Source of the DNA: Octopus sinensis
Taxonomy: Eukaryota
Length of the DNA: 64,000 nt
Direction: 5' to 3'
NCBI RefSeq assembly: GCF_006345805.1
Contig: NC_043000.1
Location: 139,934,001 to 139,998,000 of the forward strand
The stretch's first letter is position 1; each line of letters opens with the position of its first letter. Position numbers and translations under genes: made by a program. The notes under the pieces are model-generated. The model was not told the DNA's origin. It saw only the letters and a list, made by a program, of their open reading frames with translations, and ran no database searches. Positions 25,346 through 37,700 of this stretch are shown here, in pieces.

Positions 25346-26261
25346 TTTTTTGCCAGAGCGCCAATAATAATAAACGAAAATACAAAATTTACCACTTTTA
25401 TAAAGGGAGAAGAATTCTATCACATATGTTGAAGGTGCAACTCTTTTGTTAACCGTATTCAGCCTTTCTTGATCAAAATGCTTACGTCTTTTCTCTGAGG
25501 ATTGGCGAAGTCTTACAGTAACTGTTTGCTCCTGTTTTTTTTTCTTTGTCTCATCTCTCGCTAATTCTGGCAGCTTGTCTTTGTCTTGCATCCTTTAAAC
25601 GTTTTTCGCTTACATTTTTTTACCTTTGGCTCCTGCAGATTGCATTTTGTTGACGTAATTGTTCTAACCATTTTTCCCGTACCTTTCGTGAATGAAATAA
25701 ATGGCGATTGTGGAACAGCGCCCGCACGCACGAATACACACACACACAGATACATATGCATACAGTATCAAACATCAGCATCTCTTTCTCTCCCGCTTTG
25801 CCCCTCTCTTTGCGCCGGCTTTCTTTCACTTTCACCTATAGATCATACATACAGTATCAAACATCAGCACCTCTCTCTCTCTCTCCTGCTATCCCTCTCT
25901 CTTGAAACTCCTCCTACAGAAACTTATTCTCTCTCTCTCTCTCTGTTTCTTCCTCTCTTCTCTGTCTTTTTCTCATTTTGTGTCTCCCTCGCTCACCTTC
26001 TGTAATAGTTCCTCTCTTATATTCTATGTCTGTTTCTTTTACTCACTTTCTAACTCACACACTTACACTATTGACATTTCTCGCTCTGTCGAAAAACGCT
26101 GTGACGAATGAGGAAATGGAGGAGGAGAAATAAAGAGCCACTTCCTCATTTTGCTCCTCTGCTCCTTTCTCTCCTCTCTCACTCCCTCATTGGTATTATA
26201 CACAGACATCTGCTAATATCTCTCTCTCTCTCTCTCACTCTCTCTCTCTATATATATAGAG

Positions 26262-26379
<118 letters not shown>

Positions 26380-26429
26380 TATTTTGTAGGAAAAGTGACC
26401 AGATTCTGAGATCTAAAATTGTTTCATAT

Positions 26430-26771
26430 GTACTATTCTTATATTCAAATTGTTTTATTGTTTTAAGAGAACCAGCTATTTTTAGGTTCATAACGTTGTC
26501 CTGGCGATGTTGGCAGTACCCATGAGAACAATCTTAGTTGTTCTGATACTTCGAGTTTCTCTTTCTCTGGTGTTTGGCATTAGGGCTTAAAAGTGTGTCA
26601 TTTGCTATGGTCTCCAATGGTCTGATGTTCAAAGTTACAGTTGTTTTTAGATACATATTTGAGACCTATATTTCGAGTTCCTTGTACTTATCTTTCCAAA
26701 TGTTGTTACAAAACTGTTGTAGTCTCCTGGGATTGACGTATCTATTGAGCAATTTTTGTTGTTGTTGCTAT

Positions 26772-26809
<38 letters not shown>

Positions 26810-28310
26810 ACATCATCATCATCATCAACATCATCATTATTATTATTATTATTATTGTTGTTGCTGTTGTTGTTGTTGTGTTATTCTTTTTATCACAGGT
26901 TTTGTTGGAAGTCCTGGAGTCTTCCATGCGTAGCTGGTTTGTTACCTGCTGCCTACGGCACCATGCTATCCGTTCTTTTCAGCTTTCTAATACTTTCTGA
27001 TTATTCTGGCCGTGCCAAGGAGGTAAACCTTTTGAAACAGTTCTACTGGACACTCTATTCCAATTTCCTTTACATTCCCCTTGATGCCTTCTGATACTGT
27101 TTCCAATGGTCCAACAATAATTGGCACTATCTTCACATTCCACATTATCCATAGCCAGGCTATTTCGTACTTAAGAAGGTTGTATTTATCTATTTCTTCT
27201 CTTTCCTTCTTGACTATTCGTGGGTCAAACGGGCAGGCAACATCAACTATATAGCGTATGCAGTGCATCTTGTCAACCACCACTAGGCCCAGTCTGTTAT
27301 GCTATAGTACCCGATCTCCTTGAATTAGGAAATCCCAGAGGATTTTGCTAGTTTCCCATTCCGCCACTCTCTGCAGTTTGTGCCCATACCACGTCGTGCC
27401 TCTCTCTAGCCCCCACGTTTCACTCATTTTCCAATGTGGCGCTTTCGCTACCTGATCGTGTCGCCACAACTTGTGGTTTTGGGCAAGTTTAGGCCAATCG
27501 TTCATGATATGGGCAATGGTTTCGTCCACTCTATTACAGATGTGACACAGCAGAGACACCTCCAGTTAATGTCCAAAGCTTGGTCTTGCGCTGCTAGTAT
27601 AGTTCTGTGGGTTCCTTTCTTCTGCCAATCCTACCTATCTTTTCCACCAACTTCTGTTATGACTACATGGAATTGATTCACGATTCCAGCGCCATACAGA
27701 ACTACTGCGACTCCCCGTGAGTTTATTGACATAATTATGTTTCTGCCATTCAGCTTTGAAGCCATTATTTTTCTCACTCGCCGTAGGTGCTCTCTTTTTG
27801 TCTTTTACTTCATGTCGTTGTGTTTAATTCCATCTGTCTCAAGTATTCCCAGGTATTTATAGCCGGATCGGGGTTGAATTGCTTTCATCATCTCACCACT
27901 TGGCAGACCTATGCCTTCTGTCCAATTATTTTCCGACTGATTTGTATATTATTTCATATTCCAATCGGGTCGCAACTAGAGACCTAAGGCACGTATATAT
28001 TAGATGGGGAGAAACTTTCTGAGAGTGTGAGTGGTTGATGTCAACACAGGATTTTGAGTTTCACTGATTGTTGGTTTCCCAGAGATCAGGTCAACAAATT
28101 TTCACTACCTCTCTTGCTCAGAACCTACAACAACAGGGATGGTTTTGGTCTTAAATTGCCACGTCCTAGATATCTCAATTTCAAGGCCCTTCTTTTTCGA
28201 CAGTTTTGCAAATTCCATTGCTGAGATTTCCCTAGCAACAAGCACTGCCATATCAATTAACCGGCATCTTTTTTGCCTTAGGTCTTTCATAACCATGTCT
28301 AGTATTTTAG
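26430..28310 (-). mobile_element. Cluster of R4/Dong-type LINE fragments
   Basis: CHICNRVDETIAHI, RHDQVAK, IVDVACPFD, YLLGTARIIRK and LIDMAV...TIPVVVG; at least three separate 3' pieces. Confidence 0.85.
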
Positions 28311-29370
28311 CTTGAGAAAGTTTTTACATTATAAGTCATTCCATCTCTGTTCTTCAATCTCAGCTGTTTTTTCTTCTTTCCAAACCCATTCAGTTTCCTT
28401 GTTGAATCCTTTCTATCGCTCCATATGCTTTTCCCATCCGTCACTACTACTTTAATATCAAACGAGTCTTTAAACTTCGATCGACCGTTTCCCTAATTCT
28501 CTGTAGAATTTCTTAATATCAGTTTTAAATATAATATTTTGGCTGTAAAATTTATTTCCTTTCATACCTGCGTAAGCGTTGAGCCTTGACCTTCATTTTT
28601 TTTTTGCTTAACCATCTCTTTCGCTCTGAGGACTTCATTCATGTTTATCAGATTGTATTTTCGCTTTATCCTTCTAGCCCTTCTGTTTTACATTATTGCT
28701 TTTTGGAGAATACGTCTAAGATCGATTCTTCCCGTCAGATGCTCTTGATTTCATTATTTATGCGAGTTTTCCACCTTGGGTATTCGTGTGTTTTTTGTGA
28801 CCCTTTTTTCTTTATCTTGATACCTATTTTCTTTGTAGCAGCAATAGCTGTTGAATATACATGATAGTTTAATGAAGTTAAATCTATCTCAGTTTCAAAA
28901 AGAAGCTGATTCTGAGCATAGTCATAAACTTTGATCGTACAATGTTCTGATTCTGAGCATAGTCATACATTTTGATCGTACAATGATTTGATTTGGTGTT
29001 CTGAAACTTTGGTAGTTGATCTCTCTCTCATTCATTCTTAGGTATTTACAGATGCATAGCTCTCTCAGGATATCGGTTTTATGCATCAAGTATTTTCTCT
29101 CTACTGCAATTGTAGCTTCACGTTAATTCCTATTTCCTGTTACTTCACCTTCAGTTCGGCCATCTGCTACTTCAGGTTCTACATCAACATCATGTTCAGA
29201 GATGTCTCTGTCCAAAGGATGAATGTTTTCCTGTCCATTATTCTCAGTGCCTGCACCATGTGTTTCAGCTTGATTTTCTGGGATGGTGGTAGTATTATTT
29301 TATATTATCACTAATTCTGTTGGTGTTAGACGGTTATTACCCATGATGTCTCTGCGTACGTTGGCTATGT

Positions 29371-29479
<109 letters not shown>

Positions 29480-29519
29480 TATATATATATTATATATATG
29501 TATATATATATATTCAATA

Positions 29520-29724
29520 TGTGACCGCGTGTGTATCGTTGGAGATTATTTTCCTCCATCTTCCTTTCCTTGGATCTTTCTTTTTCTATGTTTCTGACGA
29601 AGAGCTCCGCTCGAAACGTTAAATCCTCCTTTCTTTCTTTCCTGAGCATCCAATAACACTATACTTGTTCCACGTCCTCGCGTTTTTCGTGATTTCTCTT
29701 TGTGTTTTCATATTTGGATTAACT

Positions 29725-29725
<1 letters not shown>
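29520..29725 (+). mobile_element. Penelope-like terminal repeat with minimal hammerhead (29591-29623)
   Basis: TTT-CTGACGA-A-GAGCtccGCTC-GAAAC-GTT-AAA; (TA)n flanks; same ends as 15629-15829. Confidence 0.85.
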
Positions 29726-29771
<46 letters not shown>

Positions 29772-30883
29772 CATCAATATAACCGCGGATGTCATCCCTT
29801 ATAATTTCTCTCCAGATATTGAAACACAACTCAGTTTTATTTCGTCCTGCTTGGATCAGTGCTGAGTAGACTGCTGGCCTGACTTGCTTATACTCCTCTC
29901 TTGTCTATCTACTTTTAGTGGTTCATTCGATGTTTGTTTAATTTGGTGTTTGTCTTCAGGTTTCAGGGTTGATTTTTAGGTTCTGATTTCTCTCGAGATC
30001 ATTTTCAGAAGTGTTTGGTCTATTGGTCTAATTTTCAACTTTTCGACCTAAGGTTAGTTCCTCGTTGGGGAACGCGTCCCTTTGTGACCCGCTTGACGGG
30101 AGATGCGGTGTAATCTGTGTCTACTCTGCATTTTGCATGAAGAATCCATTTCAACTTTACTGGCAAGGAGTGATTTTCGTCACTACTCTAGACGGATTTG
30201 CATCATCAGGTTTGGAAGGATCTGTCTACTCTCATTTTGATGGGCTGTGCTGCGCCGGTCATCAACACAGTATTCCCATCCCAGGAGCGGTGGGCTAAAA
30301 TTTTTTTTAATATTGCTTGGCAGGTACAAACACTTCCCCTATTATAGTGCATCAGTATGTTTTGTTATGAGGCTTGTGCTTGAGTCTTTTGCTCTATTAG
30401 TGTGTATATTGTAAGCTGTGTGTGTGTTAGAATCTGTGTTCTTTTGTTGCACATCGGCAGTGACATTAAGAGAGGGGTCTGTCTGTTCAGTGTGAAATTT
30501 TTGACAAAATACTGCCTCTGGCCGCGCGCTGTGGTTTCTTTCGTATTGCGATTGCCCAAGGTTCAAAGAACGAAATTCACCGCTACCAATGAGCACAGCT
30601 GTCCCTTCCGACTGTTTAAATAGAAATGAAAGAAACTTAGGTACTATTTAAAAAGAGTGGCCCCGGTGCGCGCACTCGCTTACTCGCGCACTCGCTTACT
30701 CGCGCATCCGTGCTAGCTAGTCGTGACTAGTCGATCCTACAACGACTACCTAGCAAAGCAAATAAAACACAAAATAAATAATTTTTTCAAACAAAGTAAA
30801 TAATTTTTGTTAAACAAAATAAATAATACACAAACACACAAACTACTTAATTCCTTTTGCAGGAAGGACTGCTTCGGCATGGC

Positions 30884-30945
30884 CGTGTTCTGTCCTTACC
30901 TTCGAAACACGCATTGAGTCGAAACAGGGGCAGCTGATGAAGGGG
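30884..30945 (+). ncRNA. Candidate non-circularly permuted hammerhead ribozyme
   Basis: CGTGT-T-CTGTCCTT, then CCTTC-GAAACACG, then AGGGGCAG-CTGATGA-AGGGG; stems I (8 bp) and III (5 bp) pair in exact register. Confidence 0.6.
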
Positions 30946-32288
30946 AATTTTCCTTGTATTGTTTTTTTTTTCGTTGTTTTAAAAAAAGTCCGTTTCCTTG
31001 TTTTTTCGTTGTTAAAAAAAAGTCCGTTTCCTTGTTTGATTTTATGTTTTCGTTTCTCGTGTTCTACGTTTATTTGTGGTGTCCTGTACTCATATATATA
31101 TATATGCATGTATATATACATGTAGATGTAAGTATGTACATATATGTATGTATATATGCATATATTTTATTTATTTATTATATTATTATATAACCGAACG
31201 CACGCGTTATTTCTCTATTTCTCTTCTCCAAATAAGTTTTTATTTATATATATGTATACTAGGGTCGATTCACTTGACACAAGGCGGTGCCACAATATGG
31301 CTGCAGCCTAACCATTGGAACCAAAAAAAAGATAAAAGACATTTGGTTATTTTCTCCATTACTTTCAGAGATATATTCGTACCTGTTGGAATTGATACAG
31401 AGATTAAGTGTTATATATTTTTTGTGATGATTGAGTATTTTACTTAAAATATTTCAGTTTGTGTGAAATGTCATTTACTAGGGAAATGTGTTCCATTTTT
31501 TATTCTCAACATTTCATATATATTATTTAATACTGGATTCTAGAGTATAAAGCCTTCAGACTTGTTATGCATGTTATACACATTTTAGTGAAACCTCGAC
31601 CACCTGGAATAATAGGAATTATGTTGTTTTCAAAGCCGCTATATATGTTTCCTTTATTTTTCGTATTTTGCTTTCATTTTCTGCTTTTTCTAGTTTCTGT
31701 GAGGAAAGTTTTCCTTTGTTTTTGTGTTGCAATCAAAAAACATTCTAGTATCAGCTTCGATGTCAGAGCTTTTCTGCCAGTGATGAAATTATTTTTATCT
31801 ATTTCTACTGAACCCTGTTTCCTGTAGGGACTTATCTTATTAACGTTTGTAAAATGATAGGATCATTTAGGATCATTTTAATATATTTTTGGTGGGTTTT
31901 CAATGTTTTCTATTAGCTGTCTGTTATCTTAAATTGTGATTTATACCCGGCAGCTTATCTGAAGACGGAAAACAGATCTTACATTGTTTTATATTTAATT
32001 CATAAGATTATTGAAGTGAAACCTTATCTTGAATCATATAATGCCGTACATTGGGAGAGTCACAGAAGGGCTTGGATTGTTTTCAGTTTTGTTTCTTTCA
32101 AAAACAACAGAAGTCTTGTTATCTACGTAGCTGAAAGATTAATCATCGACATCAACATAACAAACGCAAGGCCCCACAAACAGTATTATATATGTGTAAA
32201 AGTAGATGTAATATTTAAAACATTAATTAATGAAAATTATAGAAAACTACAAAACATACGCACGCACGCACACACACACACACACTTA

Positions 32289-32325
<37 letters not shown>

Positions 32326-32328
<3 letters not shown>

Positions 32329-32554
32329 CTTAACTACCCACAAGGGGCTAAACACAGAGGGGACAAACAAGGACGGACAAATGGATTAAGTCAATTACAT
32401 CGACCCCAGTGCGTAAATGGTACTTAATTTATCGACCCCGAAAGGATGAAAGGCAAAGTCGACCTCGGCGGAATTTGAACTCAGTACGTAACGGCAAACG
32501 AAATACGGCTACGCATTTCGCCCGGCGTGCTAACGATTCCGCCAGCTCGCCGCC
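32326..32554 (-). mobile_element. SINE family B, full length
   Basis: Head ggcggcgagctggcggaatcgttagcacg..., B box gagttcaaattcc. Confidence 0.9.
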
Positions 32555-33179
32555 TAGCGGATGTATACATCAACCAGTTGGATGAAATGATGAGTGAACT
32601 TATAATTAAACAATATCAGTGTCCTTGGAGTATTTGTAAAGGGAGGCCTCCCTTTGCAAATACTCCAAGGACACTGATATTGTGTCTAAAGCCAGCTAGA
32701 GACGAAGATCTCTTGGGGATATAAAGCTACAGTAACACCCCCTCCCCAATGTGGTTAGCCATGATAAGATGGCTTCTATACTTTACATTATCGAGCGATT
32801 ACTGTTTTAATCTCATTCTGAGATTTAATTATGCTTACTGTTCGTTTTTCGACATCAGTGGCAGACGCCATTAGAAAAACTTATATATGTTTGCAAAGAG
32901 GCCTTCACTTTCATCGCTACCTGGTGTTTTTTGAATTTTTCCTCGGCGTATACCAATATTTTTCTGTTGCTGCAAATCGTTGTGTGAGTTCGTTTCCGTT
33001 TGTCTACTCTGTCGTGTTACAAGTAATATCATTGTTGAACTGTTTTTGACCCAGTAATTTTCGCCCTTCGGGGTAGAAAATTTCTGTGTGCTGTTTTGTG
33101 TGAACTCTTAACCTGTATAGGTTATTTTTGGAAAAAAAAATATTCTCTTGTCATTTGTGACAAGTTTGTGTTGTCTAAT

Positions 33180-34686
33180 ATGGAATTAGACTTAAGTTCA
33201 AAAAAAGACTTTCCCGAGATGGGAGAAAGTATAACAACTGTTAAACAAAAGGAAACACAGACAAAACCCAGTTTTTCAGACGCCGTAGGTGGCGAAGTCG
33301 AAGAAATGGAGGTATCAATGGAAAGATTATTCAAGTTTAGATCGCTGGTGCAAAAAAGTGGTGAAGAAACACGATTGGTACCGCCCCCCGAAACTATACA
33401 AGCAATAAAGGAAAAAATGGTCACCTACAGGTGTACAATATCAAGGAAAAACGAATGACCGACGTGAAAAACGAAATGGTCGAAAAGTGTATGGCTCCAA
33501 TATGGAGTAAAGTTAGTCATGTCAACCGAGGTGCAAGAAGCGCTACAGTGGAGGCGCATTTTGAAACGGCGGAAGTAGCAAGGCAAATTTCGACACAAAC
33601 GTTGAAAAACGAGAGTATAATACTGCTACCCTTATATTTAGGATGCAGAACCGCAAAAGTGACCCTAGAAGATATACCAACGGGCTACGACGTGATGTGG
33701 GCGGCAACAGCGGTCATTTTTGATGTTGAATCAAAATTGACAATTTTAAGTATGAAGAGAAAAATTGCAAAACACTGGAGAGGCCAGCAGCTGGAGATGA
33801 TAATCCAGGCGGAAAATGCGACGTTGGAAAGCCTACCAGACAGAGTCTTCGTGGGGGAGGGGCACTCCATACGAGTTTCGGTGGAAGGACGCAGGCCCAG
33901 ATGTTTTAAGTGCGGGCAAAAGGGCCACGTTCGCTCCGTTTGCACAAAAAAAAATAATGCGGGCAACGCCCCCCCACAAAACGCTGTGAAGAACGCAGAA
34001 AGCAGCAAAGTGGAGAAAAAAGTAACGGCTGGCGAAAACAAGGAGGAAAAAATAAACAGGTCGAACTCCAAAAAGGAGGAAGACAAGAACGAAATGCAAA
34101 ATGAGAAAGGAAAGGATGAGGAAAATAATGCAACAAAAACAAATAAACAAGAAGACATGGAATTTACGAACGTGTCCAACAAAAGGAAAAAATCCATCAC
34201 CCCTGACTCCCCACCCGTATCAAAAAAAAAAACAACGCAGACGAACAAATTAAAAATATTCTCCAATCCCACCCCGGCGGTACTACACTTATAGGCCAGC
34301 ACTTTAACAAACCCCACCCCCCAACTGTAAAAGGGTTTAAACCCAACGAAAAAATTATTGCATACACCACAAAGAACGTGAGAGTAGAAACATGGGTGAA
34401 AGCAAGTACGCTGATCAGGTGCTACAAAGCGACCGAGAAGGAAGCGGAGTGGCGATATGCAAGGGTCGGCGAAGAAGGATGGAAAGACAAAACCTTACAA
34501 AGCCACGTAAAAGCCGGCTTCATTAAGGATGTCACCCAGGAGGTGACAACTGGGAAATTACCCGTTAGCCCGGCAGCCACACCAACCCAGAGCCCGGTGG
34601 CAACGCCGGTGAAACACCCAGCAGCAACGGCGAGTGGGGGGGAGACAGGCAGAAAGAATCTGTCAGGCTCCCTCTCGCAACCGTGA
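33180..34686 (+). pseudogene. LINE ORF1 (gag-like, zinc knuckle), apparently split by frameshifts
   Basis: Three consecutive open pieces (33180-33458, 33431-34294, 34378-34686); CFKCGQKGHVRSVC; A-homopolymers near the breaks. Confidence 0.8.
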
Positions 34687-34709
34687 GTAAATAATTTTCT
34701 TTTTTCTCG

Positions 34710-37700
34710 ATGATTAAGTTAGGTTGTATAAATGTGCGTGGAATGGGATCGAAATGGAAACAGGCTTGTTTTCGTGACGACCTCATTTCACATAGAATCG
34801 AAGTAGCTATTGTTACCGAGTCCAAGATGAAAGGACCCCAAGCGTTCTCACCACTTCTCAATGGTTACGAGAAATTTATTTCTCCTAGCCGAGGGGGAGG
34901 TGCAGGCGTGGCAGTTCTTTTCAGGAAGAACTTGGACTTACAGGTAAGTACTGTCTTTTTGGACCCAGAAGGTAGGCTGGTTGTCCTAGATGTGACGCAC
35001 GTGAGTAAGCAGTCCTTCAGGTTGGTGGCTGTCTACGCTCCTAACGGACGTGGGCAGACCGGTTTTTATCGGGAACTGGAGCACTTTCTAGTGACGTCCA
35101 AAACGGTAGTCTTGGTAGGGGATTTCAACACCATTCTCGATGCGCGGGTGGATGGTGTAGGCTCGAGCGATAGGAAGGGGAATCCTGGCCTCAAGGCTCT
35201 ACTAGCGAGCTTTAATCTAGTAGACCGTTTTCGACTGGATGAGCCGAACGTTCCACAGTGGACGTGGAGTAATAACGACGGCTCACTCAGATCGTACATA
35301 GATAGAGTATTTGTTAAGGAACGAGATAGGAATAGTGTTAGCTGTCCACAATTCTCTGTTGTGCCTTACACGGATCACAAACTTGTAACGTGTGAGGTAC
35401 ATGTAGATAAATGCCATAGACAAGGTCCCGGGTACTGGAAGATGAACAAGTCTATTTTGACCTGTGAAGCTTTCCGTACCCGGATTAAGGAATTAGTACA
35501 GAGGGCATTATGTGGCACCATCATTAATAATAGATGGTGGCTCGCCCTCAAAAGAGCCATCCGTTTGGAGTCCATTAGATTTAGCAAGCAGCTAAGTTTA
35601 GATAGGACTAGAATAGAGGGCGAATTAGTTAAGAACTTAGACGAGGCTATGGAATCTGGCTGTGCATCCGGAGTGTTGGCAGCGAGAGCGGTATTGTACC
35701 GTCACCTCAACGCCAAGCACGAGGGGTGTAGAGTCAGAGCTAAGTTACGTGCAGGAAAACGAGAAGGTATTAACGTTGCCGGATGGGCCCGTCGTGAGGA
35801 GAGTCAGAAGGGCAAAAAGTCCTGTATTATGTCCTTAACTGACGAGCAGGACCGCAAGATCTATGGACAGGAGGAGATGCAGAAGGTCCTTCACCAGCAT
35901 TTCGCACGGCTGTTTGGGGGCGGTGGCCCGCTCGAGCGTGGGGAGACCTTAAAGGACTTCCTAGCTGGTGGGCCTCGGCTCTCGGCAGGTGAGGCGGAGT
36001 GCTGTGAAGGATCGATCTCTCCCGCAGAGGTAAGAGGGGTTATGGCCGAGTGCGCCGGGGAAAAGTCACCGGGATTGGATGGTCTACCCTATGAATTTTA
36101 TTGTTGTATGCCGGACTTGTTCGGGGACATACTGGCAAGCGTCTATGCAAACTGGCAACAGAATGGGAGGATTCCCAGCTCTGTGAGTCGGGGAGTTGTG
36201 ACGCTGGTCCAGAAAGACCCGAGCAAGGGGGACAGTATTAGTAATTACAGGCCCATAACTCTACTTAATGTAGAGTTTAAGATTTTGGCCAAGGTGTTAG
36301 CAAAAAGGTTGACGGCTGTCGTGAAGAAACTTGTCGGGAAGGCACAGACATGTGCAATCCCAGGCAGGTCGATCCAGGATAATCTTCACCTTCTCCGCTA
36401 CACTATAGATAGGGTCGGGAAATTAGACGGCAAAGGAGGGGCATTGGTCCATTTAGACCAAAGTAAAGCGTTTGATAGGGTGGACCATCGGTACTTGGCG
36501 GCGGTTCTCGAAGCGGCTGGGCTGGGCCCTGGCTTCTGCGGGTGGATCTCAGCTATGTACAGCGGCATCAAGTCCACAGTCCAGATAAACGGTTACCTAA
36601 CGGAGCCGTTTTCGATCAAGCGTTCAGTTCGACAAGGGTGCCCCTTGTCCCCGCTCCTGTATGTTTTGGCTCTTGAGCCATTGCTGCGGAAGCTGGAGAA
36701 GTTGGGAGGCAACCCTAATGAAATCGGATGCGGTAAGTCTGTTTCTGCCTATGCGGATGACGTCACCCTCATCGTGTCCAACGGAACACAACTACCTCGG
36801 GTAGTAGGTGCTCTCCATAGATACGAAGCGGTGGCAGGGGCAAAAGTTAACAGGGACAAGTCCATCGGTTTGCGCCTCGGCACCTGGAGGAACAAGCAGA
36901 TACCGTCCAGTGTTGTTGGACACTGGACGGATGGTCCTGTTAAATTGCTCGGAGTATGGTTTGGTCCAGACTCCCAGACGGAGAAGTATTGGAGCGAGGT
37001 AACGAGCAAGGTGGATGCCATAGTACGGAAGTGGTCCGGAAGGCATCTTTCCTTGAAAGGGAGGGCGGAGGTGGCACAGATGTTTATAGCCTCTGTCGTC
37101 ACCTACCGCCTGACCGTCGTGCCTTGCCCCGATTCGTGGTTAAACAAGTTGGAACGACTTCTTTTCCGCTTTTTGTGGAAAGGAGGAAAGCCACTTGTGA
37201 GACGCTCCGTGTGTTGCCAGGAACCGCTAAAGGGTGGACTGGGGATGCCTTGGCTAATGATGCGCAAGCATGCGTTGAGGCTGAGACACCTCTGGTGTTA
37301 CCTGGAGGATGATAAGGTGTGGAGTTCGCTGGCAGAGGAATTCTTCCCGCGACCGGCCTCTATGGAGGGATTTACACCCGGTCTCATTAAAGGACGTAAA
37401 CTGACTTCATGGCAGAAGGAGTGCCGACAGGCACTCTGGCTGATCCACAAGATGGGTAAGGCCGGCAGCGGGAATACCACCTCGGTGTTCTATAAAGGGC
37501 TGGTAGGAGGAAAAAATGACGACGTCCTAGGAAGGGCTCTGGGGTTCGATGAGGATCAACTCTCCAACCTGTTTAAGAAGACTTTCAGGCCGGGGTATTT
37601 GGATAATTACCAAAAATCCCTGACCTGGCAGTGCTATAGGAATGCATTACCTGTTCGCGAGAAGTTATCCAGGCACGGAATGTCAGTGCCACCGACGTGT

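Noticed and set aside
25370-25735. Non-repetitive minus-strand open frames, possible exon
   Set aside because: No recognisable domain or clear splice pair; needs RNA data.
28908-28986. ~40-bp tandem duplication
   Set aside because: Ordinary local duplication in decayed repeat sequence.
30165-30212. Minus-strand CTGATGA...GAC-GAAA
   Set aside because: Stems do not close in register.
33685-37480. Antisense and alternative-frame ORFs over the LINE
   Set aside because: Shadows of ORF1/ORF2 with no recognisable motifs.
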